Positions 36,993 to 45,687 of a stretch of 59,304 nt of DNA are shown here, piece after piece. Position numbers and translations under genes: made by a program. The stretch is taken from the NCBI GenBank assembly GCA_018052945.1, contig JAGPMH010000003.1, forward strand, positions 1 through 59,304, written 5' to 3'. Origin of the DNA: Negativicutes bacterium. GTDB taxonomy: Bacteria > Bacillota > Negativicutes > JAGPMH01. Position 1 is the stretch's first letter; the number at the start of each line of letters is the position of its first letter. The notes beneath the pieces were generated by a model. The model saw nothing but the letters and a program-made list of their open reading frames with translations, did not search any database and was not told where the DNA came from.

Positions 36993-38879
36993 TCAGTTTT
37001 TATTATCAACCCATAATTGTTGAAATTTATCAACTTGTGCTGTAATAGATTGAATTACTGCCTTAGCAAAGTCATAATTATTTTTTATAATTTCAGTAGC
37101 AGTTTCGTTACGCACTGCAATAATAGTAGCTTCTTGCGATACAACTCGTGCCCTTAAGCTACTTTCTTTATTGTCAAAAATACCGTCATAAGAAATAAAT
37201 TCACCTTTTTCGATTGTTGCAATTTTCATCGTCCAACCACTTTCTATCGTTCTGCGCAATTCCACCGCACCATCGTAAATAAGATATAGATATTCTTGTT
37301 TTTCACCTTCCGCTAAAATAATATCACCATAAATATAGTTCTTGACCACAATTCCTCTTATTAGCAAGCCTAATTCAACATCAGATAATGCCCTAAATAT
37401 TTCTTTACTACGTAATAATTGAGTAATATTTAACTTTAAGTTTTCTTCATGCTTCACCGGATTTAAAACATCTTGTGGCAAATTAATTTCACCAAGGGGC
37501 AGCCCTTGATCTTTTAAGATTTGATTAATAATATAAAAATAATCTTCCTTGATTTTTTTTATATGAACTTCACTAAAAGCTTCGCGATTATAAATAAACT
37601 CAATTTGAATCTTCTTAGTTAACCGAAAAACAACTACTAAATCTAAATTATAACAATCATAAGATGATAATTTAACTACATTAACACCTAACGCCACCTC
37701 TGCTTGGGTGTATTTTTCTTGCTTATAAAAACTATGAAAATTAAGCATGTGATTAAAGAGAGTTTTCCCACTGAATAAATTCTCCAGTTCTCTTATATTA
37801 CAGCCACTATAAGCCCGTGCTAAAATTAAGTTTGCTTGCTGCCGTTTAACCACATCACTAACCTTTGCAGTTTCACTTTCATTTATACGTACCGGCACCA
37901 AATTTATAATATTAACAAAATCAAGATTATCTTCTTTTCCATCGCGATAATTCGATAACAATAGCGGAAAGACCGCATCATTTACTTTGTTATATTTTTG
38001 GAGCATTATCCCCCATGCAGTTTGTAATAAAACAATCGCATTGGTATTATTTTCTAAATGCTTTTTTATATAAGAAAACATTTTATCATCAATTTCAAAT
38101 AATAATGAATTCATAACATAAGTGTTGCAAGCTTTATGCCCCGGCAACTTTGTTTCAGTAAAGTTATATAGTTTCTTTTGCCAATATTCTAAAGTTTTAC
38201 TAATATCAATGTCCTTGCGTCGCTCTAAATGCTGCGCAAAAGAATATCGTTTAGGAGCAATCATTTTTGCCAAAACATCATCGGTTTCTTGTTCACTAAA
38301 AATTCCATCAAATAAATGTCTAACATCCCAGCCATCAGCTATTATTTGCGGTTGTTGGATGGTAATAGCATAATCCGCATACCCAAAACGCAGTACTCTT
38401 ATTCTAAGCAATCTGTCTTTTTTTAAATCAAAAAAGCGTCGCCGATCTGCAGCCAAAATATTTTCAACAATTTCATCAATTTCAAATTCCGTCAGTTTAT
38501 CTTTCGTAAAATCTATAAAGGTCATTTCCGGACTTCGATCTTGAAGGATGATTTGTAAGGCACGCTCTTGTTGCTTTAAGATGAACGCACTGCGTAATAA
38601 TTCATTGTTTTTTACTAATCCATTAATATTATTTTTGATTTTATTAATGTCAATTAAACCCCTAATTTTAAATAGAATTTGAATACAAAAATTAGGTGAA
38701 ATAATCCCTTGATTATCTAGCACCCACGCCTGACTTTTTGATATCAATTTAACATCTTCGACACTAGCAGAATATTCTTTATTGATAAATTCTTCTTCAG
38801 TACTTGTTAATAGTCCTACACTATATTCTTTCGGCGGATAATATTGTTTTATTTTTTCTTCAAAAGTCATTGTATCCAC
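36993..38879 (-). CDS. Condensation-domain-like / cyclic-nucleotide-binding-like fusion protein, paralogue A
   Basis: 628 aa. C1-like EDVKLISKSQAWVL, C2-like NNELLRSAF, C3 position QPQIIADGWD, C5-like FVNIINLVPVRI. C-terminal YIYGDIILAEGEKQEYLYLIYDGAVEL. Collinear with paralogue B. Confidence 0.75.
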   Translation of the reverse strand: MDTMTFEEKIKQYYPPKEYSVGLLTSTEEEFINKEYSASVEDVKLISKSQAWVLDNQGIISPNFCIQILFKIRGLIDINKIKNNINGLVKNNELLRSAFILKQQERALQIILQDRSPEMTFIDFTKDKLTEFEIDEIVENILAADRRRFFDLKKDRLLRIRVLRFGYADYAITIQQPQIIADGWDVRHLFDGIFSEQETDDVLAKMIAPKRYSFAQHLERRKDIDISKTLEYWQKKLYNFTETKLPGHKACNTYVMNSLLFEIDDKMFSYIKKHLENNTNAIVLLQTAWGIMLQKYNKVNDAVFPLLLSNYRDGKEDNLDFVNIINLVPVRINESETAKVSDVVKRQQANLILARAYSGCNIRELENLFSGKTLFNHMLNFHSFYKQEKYTQAEVALGVNVVKLSSYDCYNLDLVVVFRLTKKIQIEFIYNREAFSEVHIKKIKEDYFYIINQILKDQGLPLGEINLPQDVLNPVKHEENLKLNITQLLRSKEIFRALSDVELGLLIRGIVVKNYIYGDIILAEGEKQEYLYLIYDGAVELRRTIESGWTMKIATIEKGEFISYDGIFDNKESSLRARVVSQEATIIAVRNETATEIIKNNYDFAKAVIQSITAQVDKFQQLWVDNKN

Positions 38880-38904
38880 ACTCCATTTAAGATAACTTAG
38901 TTAA

Positions 38905-38933
38905 ATTATACCATTATGATTTTTTACAAACAA
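38905..38933 (-). promoter_or_regulatory. Extended -10 promoter of the paralogue pair
   Basis: Minus strand TTGTTT (38928-38933), 17-nt spacer ending in TGg, TATAAT (38905-38910). GGAG RBS about 10 nt before the ATG at 38879. Confidence 0.55.
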
Positions 38934-38980
38934 TAAATTCCATTCTTACAATCTTGTTTTTTCTTCGCCTTTTTATAACA

Positions 38981-39026
38981 AAAAGCAACAAAATAGCTCT
39001 TATGTAAGAGGCTATCTTGTTGCTTT
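38981..39026 (-). terminator. Rho-independent terminator of the DEAD-box helicase gene
   Basis: Minus strand AAAAGCAACAAGATAGCCTCTTA-cat-AAGAGCTATTTTGTTGCTTTTT (one mismatch and one bulge), ending in a T run. Confidence 0.75.
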
Positions 39027-39036
39027 TTGCTTCTTT

Positions 39037-40323
39037 TTATTTATTTTGTGGTTTCGCCTTACGACGGCTACGATTATTAGTACCACTATGTTTTTTCTTT
39101 TTATTGTCAGCCAAACTATTTTTTTTAATAAATGGTTTAGGTTTAGCAGTATTTTTTTTGCTTTCTTCAATAATTTTTGCTTCTTTAACTTTATGTTGCT
39201 CAATTATTGCTTTTTTTTGCGAAGCTTTTTCGCGAGCAATTTTAGCTTTAATACCTCTTTCAATTAATGCTAAATAGTCGTGCTGCCGTGGATTTACAAA
39301 AGTAACCGCAACACCGGTTTGACCAGCTCGCCCCGTTCTACCAATTCGGTGAATATAGCTTTCTACATCATGTGGAATATCATAATTAAAAACATGGGTT
39401 ACCCCTTCAACATCAAGCCCTCTGGCTGCAATATCAGTTGCTACTAAAATTTGCAATTTAGCGGTGCTAAACTTTCTCATAACTTGATTGCGTTTTGCTT
39501 GTGATAAATCTCCATGTAATTCATCAACCAAATACCCGCGTTGTGCCAATTCTGCCACTAAATTACTGACCCGTTGTTTTGTATGACAAAAAATCATCGC
39601 CAAATAGGGCTGATATTGGTTAATCAGACCACAAAGCTTATCAAGTTTGAATTCTTCTTTAGTTTCAACAATAATTTGATTAATTTCATCTAATGTTACA
39701 CTATTACTCATAACCTTTAAATCTTTTGGCTTTTTCATGTAATTAACCGATAACGCTTTTATTTTTGCCGGAATAGTCGCCGAAAAAAACATCGTTTGGC
39801 GCTCCGGAGCAGTATTAACGATTAATTCTTCAACTTCATCTAAAAATCCCATGTGTAAAAGTTGATCGGCTTCATCTAATACTAATTTATTAACATGATT
39901 TATTGTCAAAGTTTTGCGACGCAAATGATCTAAAATTCTTCCCGGTGTCCCAATAACAATGTGCGGAGCAGCATTTAATTTCTTAAGTTGACGATCAATA
40001 TCTTGACCGCCATAAATCGTAAGAACTCTAACACCATTAACCTTTCCGATTTTTTCAGCAACCTTTGTTATTTGTAATGCTAATTCGCGCGTTGGCGTAA
40101 TTATTAAACCTTGCACTGCCGGTGAGCTTATTTTAATATTTTGTAGCATCGGTAATAAAAATGCTAAAGTTTTTCCGGTACCGGTTTGTGCTTGCACTAA
40201 TACATCACGACCAGTTAAAATAACCGGAATAGCCAGTTCTTGAACCGGTGTCGGCTCATTAATCCCATTTTGTTTCATTAAATTATCTATATCTTGTTTT
40301 ATTCCTAACGATAAAAAACTCAT
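39037..40323 (-). CDS. DEAD-box ATP-dependent RNA helicase with Lys-rich C-terminal tail
   Basis: 428 aa. Q motif, AQTGTGKT, DEAD, SAT, HRIGRTGRAG. Basic tail ..KKNSLADNKKKKHSGTNNRSRRKAKPQNK. Confidence 0.93.
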   Translation of the reverse strand: MSFLSLGIKQDIDNLMKQNGINEPTPVQELAIPVILTGRDVLVQAQTGTGKTLAFLLPMLQNIKISSPAVQGLIITPTRELALQITKVAEKIGKVNGVRVLTIYGGQDIDRQLKKLNAAPHIVIGTPGRILDHLRRKTLTINHVNKLVLDEADQLLHMGFLDEVEELIVNTAPERQTMFFSATIPAKIKALSVNYMKKPKDLKVMSNSVTLDEINQIIVETKEEFKLDKLCGLINQYQPYLAMIFCHTKQRVSNLVAELAQRGYLVDELHGDLSQAKRNQVMRKFSTAKLQILVATDIAARGLDVEGVTHVFNYDIPHDVESYIHRIGRTGRAGQTGVAVTFVNPRQHDYLALIERGIKAKIAREKASQKKAIIEQHKVKEAKIIEESKKNTAKPKPFIKKNSLADNKKKKHSGTNNRSRRKAKPQNK

Positions 40324-40402
40324 CTTACACCTCTTTATACGATTTTATAACCTTACTAATATAGCATAGTACTTTCTGAAAAGCCAGTAAATATTATTAA
40401 TT

Positions 40403-40441
40403 AAAACACCAAGTCTCTCTTAACGAAAAACTTGGTGTTTT
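40403..40441 (-). terminator. Terminator after htpG
   Basis: AAAACACCAAGT-15 nt-ACTTGGTGTTTT immediately after the htpG stop. Confidence 0.65.
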
Positions 40442-40443
40442 AA

Positions 40444-42378
40444 TTATTTTGACATTAATTTTGCTATTTTATTGGCAAATTCAATTGGATCCTCTGGCAT
40501 AATACCTTCAATTAACAACGCTTGATCATATAACATATTACAATAATCTTTAAAATCAGATGATTTAAGATCTTGTTGATGTAAATTCTTTAATTTAGAA
40601 AATAATTCATGATGAGGATTTATTTCTAAAATCCTTTTCGCTTTAAACATCATATTATTAGCATCAGCTAACACTTGCTCCATCGCTAAGCTTATACCAT
40701 TATTATCACTTACTAAACAAACAGCACTTGATTTTAAACGAGTACTAATTTTTACATCAGCAATTTTATCGCTTAATTTTTCTTTAATATCTTTAATTAA
40801 AGCTTCATTATCTTTAGTAATAGTCTCAGTTTCTTTTTTAACTTGCTCCGCTTCCACATCATCAAGTTCTAAATCACCACGACTAATTGATTGGAATTTT
40901 TTATCATTATATTCTCTTAACGCTTCAATAGCAAACTCATCGACATTATCAAATAAGCATAATACTTCTAGCCCTTTTTCTTTAATCGCTTCCATTTGCG
41001 GTAATTTTTCAATAGTTGCTAAATCCTTACCGGTTGCATAATAAATGACCTTCTGTTTTTCCGGCATTCTTTCAACATATTCTTTTAAACTCACTAAACC
41101 TTTTTCTGCTTTAGAAGAATTAAATAATAGTAAATCTTTTAATTTATCATGTGTCTGTGGATCAGTATAAATACCGATTTTTAATGCTCTACCAAATTCA
41201 CTCCAGAAATTTTCATACTTTGTTCGATCTTTAGCCATAATTTTTTCTAGTGATTTTAAAACATTTTTTTCTAAGTTTTTACCAATTAATTTTAACTCCC
41301 GACTTTGTTGTAACAACTCACGGGAAATATTAAGCGAAAAATCAGGTGAATCAACTAAACCGCGGACAAATCTTAAATAGTCCGGCAATAAATCTGCACA
41401 TTTATCCATGATAAAGACATTACGGCAATATAACTGGATACCGGCATTAAATTCGGGATGATATAAGTTGAATGGAGCTTTCTTCGGAATATACAATAAT
41501 GTTGTATATTCCACTGTCCCTTCAGCTTTAGTGTGAATTATTTCTAGCGGATCTTCCCAATCATGGAATAATTCTTTATAAAAATCATTATACTCTTCCG
41601 CTGTTATCTCACTTTTATTTTTTGTCCATAATGGTTTCATGCTGTTTAATGTTCTAATTTCTTCTTTTTTAATCAGTTCAGCCTCTGGTATTTCTTTGCC
41701 TTCAGCATCAACCGGCTTTTCCTCTATTTCAAACTTCATTTTAATAGGGAAGCGAACATAATCCGAATATTTTTTTATTAAGCTTTCAATAACATAATTG
41801 CTGGTAAAATTTTCTTCCGGGTTTATTCCGCAGAATTCATCATTTAACTCTAAAATAATTGTAGTCCCACGTTTTTCTTTATCAACTTTTTCAATGCTAT
41901 AAGTACCATCACCGGTTGACTCCCATTTCACTGCTTCAGTTGAGCCCGCCTTTCTGGTTATCAAAGTAACTTTTTTAGCAACCATAAACGCAGAATAAAA
42001 GCCTACACCAAATTGACCAATTAACTCTTTATCACCGCTTTGTTCTTTTTCTTTTAATTTTTCTAAAAAAGCTTTTGTTCCCGATTTCGCAATAGTACCA
42101 ACATTCTCAATAACCTCATCAAAAGTCATCCCAATACCATTATCAGAAATCGTTAAGGTTTTTGTTGCTTCATCCGGAATTAAAAATATTTCATAATCGC
42201 TATCATTTTCTAATAGCGCCTTATCACTAATTGCTTCAAAACGAATTTTATCAATAGCATCAGAAGCATTTGAGACTAATTCACGCAAAAATATCTCACG
42301 ATTAGTATAAATTGAATGAATCATTAAATCTAATAATTGTTTTGTTTCCGCCTGGAACTCTCTCATTTCTTTTGCCAT
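40444..42378 (-). CDS. htpG: Molecular chaperone HtpG (Hsp90)
   Basis: 644 aa. ..IFLRELVSNASDA.DK.R.. GHKL ATPase N-domain, ..GQFGVGFYSAFMVA... Confidence 0.97.
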   Translation of the reverse strand: MAKEMREFQAETKQLLDLMIHSIYTNREIFLRELVSNASDAIDKIRFEAISDKALLENDSDYEIFLIPDEATKTLTISDNGIGMTFDEVIENVGTIAKSGTKAFLEKLKEKEQSGDKELIGQFGVGFYSAFMVAKKVTLITRKAGSTEAVKWESTGDGTYSIEKVDKEKRGTTIILELNDEFCGINPEENFTSNYVIESLIKKYSDYVRFPIKMKFEIEEKPVDAEGKEIPEAELIKKEEIRTLNSMKPLWTKNKSEITAEEYNDFYKELFHDWEDPLEIIHTKAEGTVEYTTLLYIPKKAPFNLYHPEFNAGIQLYCRNVFIMDKCADLLPDYLRFVRGLVDSPDFSLNISRELLQQSRELKLIGKNLEKNVLKSLEKIMAKDRTKYENFWSEFGRALKIGIYTDPQTHDKLKDLLLFNSSKAEKGLVSLKEYVERMPEKQKVIYYATGKDLATIEKLPQMEAIKEKGLEVLCLFDNVDEFAIEALREYNDKKFQSISRGDLELDDVEAEQVKKETETITKDNEALIKDIKEKLSDKIADVKISTRLKSSAVCLVSDNNGISLAMEQVLADANNMMFKAKRILEINPHHELFSKLKNLHQQDLKSSDFKDYCNMLYDQALLIEGIMPEDPIEFANKIAKLMSK

Positions 42379-42402
42379 ATTTAAACCCCTTTTCCTTTTT
42401 TG

Positions 42403-42429
42403 TTAGCACTCTAATAAGTCGAGTGCTAA
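42403..42429. promoter_or_regulatory. CIRCE element (HrcA operator), perfect consensus
   Basis: TTAGCACTC-TAATAAGTC-GAGTGCTAA matches TTAGCACTC-N9-GAGTGCTAA exactly. It lies 25-51 nt upstream of the htpG ATG, with a TATAAT (42440-42445, minus) just upstream. Confidence 0.85.
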
Positions 42430-42491
42430 GTACATTAATTATAATAACGCTATTTTGTAATAAAATCAATATTTTATATAAATATTTCAGT

Positions 42492-42535
42492 AAAAAAAAT
42501 ACACATTGACTATGAAATAGTCAATGTGTATTTTT
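42492..42535 (-). terminator. Terminator after acrB (bidirectional shape)
   Basis: AATACACATTGACTA-tgaaa-TAGTCAATGTGTATT flanked by A8 and T5. On the minus strand it is followed by T8. Confidence 0.8.
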
Positions 42536-42542
42536 ATAATTT

Positions 42543-45500
42543 TTAAGATTTTTTCTTAAACATATTATTAATTCTTGCGGTTATTTTTTCAATGATAATG
42601 AATAGTACCGGTATCAAAAATACTCCCATTACCGTTGCAACAAGCATTCCGCCAACTACCGCATTACCCATTGCCGTTCTAGCTCCAGCTCCAGCTCCGG
42701 AAGCAATTGCTAATGGTACACAACCAATAATAAAGGCTAATGAAGTCATAATAATCGGTCTAAGTCTAAGTTTAGAAGCCTCAATAGCTGCTTTCACCGG
42801 ATCCATGCCATCATCAACCCTGACTTTAGCAAATTCCACAATTAAAATTGCATTTTTTGCCGCCAAGCCCACTAGCATGATTAAACCAATCTGCATATAA
42901 ATACTATTTTGGAAATCTCTCAGATATTGCGCTAGTAATGCTCCAAATATCCCCGTCGGTACACATAACAAGACCGCATAAGGAATACTCCAGCTTTCAT
43001 ATAACGCTGCCAAGCACAAGAATACAAAGACTAAGGCCAAGGCAAAAACCACTAAGGTTCTATTGCCAGCTTTTTGCTCTTCACGACTTTGCCCCGACCA
43101 TTCATATTTAAACCCAGTAGGCATCACTTCATTAGCAACCTCTTGCATTGCCGCCAACGCTTGCCCTGAACTATAACCAGGCGCAGGGGAACCATTAACT
43201 TGAATACTACGGGCAGCATTAAAGCGATTAATAATTGCCGGTGCAGTATTTTTCTTCGGTTTAATTAAAGTATCAAGTGGAACCATCGTACCAGTTTCAC
43301 TTTTTACAAATAAAAATCTAGTTAAATCAGCTTCATTACGATAATGACTATCAGCTTGCATTACGACTTTATAAGTTCTACCAAAACGATTAAAATCATT
43401 TACTTGTAAGCCCCCAAAGTTTACTTGTAATGCATTAAACACGTCATTTAGATTAACCCCTAAGTTTTTAACTTTTTCTCTGTCAACTTCAAATTCATAA
43501 CCAGGTGAGTTAATTTTAAAAGTTGAATACGCTCTTGATATTTCAGGTCGTTTATTAGCAGCTGCCACAATTTTCTTTGTAACTTCATCTAATTCTTGGT
43601 CAGTATGACCTGTCATATCTTGAACCATCATCGTAAAGCCACCAACCATCCCTAACCCCGGTAACGCCGGTAAGTTAAAGGCCATAACATTAGCTTCGGT
43701 AACTTTAGCAGAGTTCATCATTGTTTGCATTACTAAGGATTGAATTTGTGTTTCCTTAGTCTTTCTTGCACTCCATGGCTCAAGCCCAACGAAAATACTA
43801 CCGGCACTTGATTTAGTGCTACCGGATAATATATCGTACCCGGAAATAGCAAGAGTTCTGGCCACTCCCGGTTGTTCGCCAATTTGTGCTGCAATTTTAT
43901 CCACTGTTTCTTCGGTTCTATTTAAACTAGTTCCTTCCGGTAAAGACACTGAAGTAACATAGTACCCTTGATCTTCTTCCGGGACAAAAGTTGTCGGAAC
44001 CATTTTATATAGCGCCCCGGTTAAAATTATTAAAATTATTAAAAACAATACCCCAAGTTTAGCCTTGCCAATTAAATTAGCCACAGTTTCACCATAAGAT
44101 TCTGTTTTCGCTTCAAACCAAGTATTGAATTTATCAAAAAATCTCCCAAGGAAACCTTGATGAGCATTAGGATCATGTGGTTTTAACATCATTGCACATA
44201 ATGCTGGAGTCAAAGACAATGCCACAAAGGCCGATAAGCCCATTGATACAGCAATAGTTAATGCAAATTGTTTGTACAAAATCCCCATCATTCCGCCGAA
44301 AAAGGCTACTGGAATAAATACCGATGCCAAAACAAAGGCAATCGCCACAACCGGACCGGCAACTTCTTCCATTGCCTTCGCCGTAGCAGCTTTAGGGCTT
44401 AAACCATTGTAGCGCATATGATGTTCAACTGCTTCAATAACAACAATCGCATCATCAACAACCAAACCAATCGCTAATACCATGGCAAATAAAGTCAAAG
44501 TATTAATCGAAAAGCCCATTATAATAAATGCACCAAAGGTACCAATTAGTGATACCGGAATTGCTAACATTGGAATTAAAGTCGCTCGCCAACTTTGTAA
44601 GAATAAAAATACTACTAATAATACCAATAGCAATGCTTCAAATAAAGTCTTGATAACTTCGGCTACTGATTCTCTGATATATTCAGTGTTATCAACAATT
44701 TCTTTATATTCCATACCGCTTGGGAAACTTTTCGCTGCTTCTTCTACAACTTTTCGTGCTTCCGTTACAGTGTCAAGCGCATTAGCATCACTAGTTAATT
44801 GAATCCCAAAACCAATTGAAGGCTTACCATTCATTTTACTGATAAAATCAATTGATTTTGCACCGGTTTCAATTCTCGCTACATCTTTTAAGTAAACAAA
44901 CGAACCATTCGGTTTGGCCTTTACAATAACATTTTCAAAGTCTTGCACTGTCGCCAATCGACCTTGAATTTTACCGGTATACTGAAATTCCTGCCCGGTT
45001 GGTGCCGGTAATTGCCCAATCGTGCCCGCCGGCGCTTGAACGTTTTGTTCTTTTAAAGCTTTAGAAACATCCGCAACCGTTAAGTTTAATTCTGCCAATT
45101 TATCAGGATTAAGCCAAACCCTCATTGAAAAATCAGCACCAAATACCATAATATCGCCAACGCCTTTAACTCGTTTTAACGAGTCAAACAAATATACATC
45201 GGCATAATTTTTTAAAAATACATCATCAAAGGTATTGTCCGGTGAATATAACGCTACCATATACGCCATATCTGCTGAAGCTTTTTTGGTTGTTATTCCA
45301 ACTTGTTGAACTTCACTTGGTAAGCTGGCATTAGCTTGCGCCACTCTATTTTGTGTTTGCACCGAGGCAATATCACCATTAACCCCAGACTCAAACTGAA
45401 TTGTCAAACTGTAGCGCCCACTATCAGCACTACTTGAACTCATATAGTTCATACCTTCAATGCCATTAATTTGTTGTTCAATAACTTGTGCTACTGTTTT

Positions 45501-45674
45501 GTTAACAACATCAGAGTTCGCACCAACATAAGTAGTTCCAACAGTTACTGTCGGTGGTTGTATTTGTGGATATTGTGCAATCGGTAAATTCAAACCGGCG
45601 ATTGTTCCCGCTAGAACAATCATAATCGATAGAACTATTGCAAATATCGGCCTTTCAATAAAAAACTTAGCCAC
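42543..45674 (-). CDS. acrB: RND multidrug efflux transporter, HAE1/AcrB family
   Basis: 1043 aa. MAKFFIERPIFA.. N-terminus, 12-TM architecture with two large periplasmic loops, conserved ..VVDDAIVVIE... Confidence 0.95.
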   Translation of the reverse strand: MAKFFIERPIFAIVLSIMIVLAGTIAGLNLPIAQYPQIQPPTVTVGTTYVGANSDVVNKTVAQVIEQQINGIEGMNYMSSSSADSGRYSLTIQFESGVNGDIASVQTQNRVAQANASLPSEVQQVGITTKKASADMAYMVALYSPDNTFDDVFLKNYADVYLFDSLKRVKGVGDIMVFGADFSMRVWLNPDKLAELNLTVADVSKALKEQNVQAPAGTIGQLPAPTGQEFQYTGKIQGRLATVQDFENVIVKAKPNGSFVYLKDVARIETGAKSIDFISKMNGKPSIGFGIQLTSDANALDTVTEARKVVEEAAKSFPSGMEYKEIVDNTEYIRESVAEVIKTLFEALLLVLLVVFLFLQSWRATLIPMLAIPVSLIGTFGAFIIMGFSINTLTLFAMVLAIGLVVDDAIVVIEAVEHHMRYNGLSPKAATAKAMEEVAGPVVAIAFVLASVFIPVAFFGGMMGILYKQFALTIAVSMGLSAFVALSLTPALCAMMLKPHDPNAHQGFLGRFFDKFNTWFEAKTESYGETVANLIGKAKLGVLFLIILIILTGALYKMVPTTFVPEEDQGYYVTSVSLPEGTSLNRTEETVDKIAAQIGEQPGVARTLAISGYDILSGSTKSSAGSIFVGLEPWSARKTKETQIQSLVMQTMMNSAKVTEANVMAFNLPALPGLGMVGGFTMMVQDMTGHTDQELDEVTKKIVAAANKRPEISRAYSTFKINSPGYEFEVDREKVKNLGVNLNDVFNALQVNFGGLQVNDFNRFGRTYKVVMQADSHYRNEADLTRFLFVKSETGTMVPLDTLIKPKKNTAPAIINRFNAARSIQVNGSPAPGYSSGQALAAMQEVANEVMPTGFKYEWSGQSREEQKAGNRTLVVFALALVFVFLCLAALYESWSIPYAVLLCVPTGIFGALLAQYLRDFQNSIYMQIGLIMLVGLAAKNAILIVEFAKVRVDDGMDPVKAAIEASKLRLRPIIMTSLAFIIGCVPLAIASGAGAGARTAMGNAVVGGMLVATVMGVFLIPVLFIIIEKITARINNMFKKKS

Positions 45675-45687
45675 TAATAACGCCCCC

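Noticed and set aside
35078-38879. Interpretation as part of a non-ribosomal peptide synthetase biosynthetic cluster.
   Set aside because: No A, T/PCP, TE, PPTase or tailoring genes lie within the window. The catalytic His pair is absent, and the flanks are housekeeping genes.
39012-39277. Three overlapping ORFs (both strands) and several T8 homopolymer runs at the 3' end of the helicase gene. I considered separate small genes or slippage-prone phase-variation tracts.
   Set aside because: The region is the Lys-rich (AAA/AAG) tail of the DEAD-box helicase, in frame with the helicase core. The alternative frames are low-complexity by-products. Poly-A/T runs encoding Lys tails are common and there is no sign of a frameshift.
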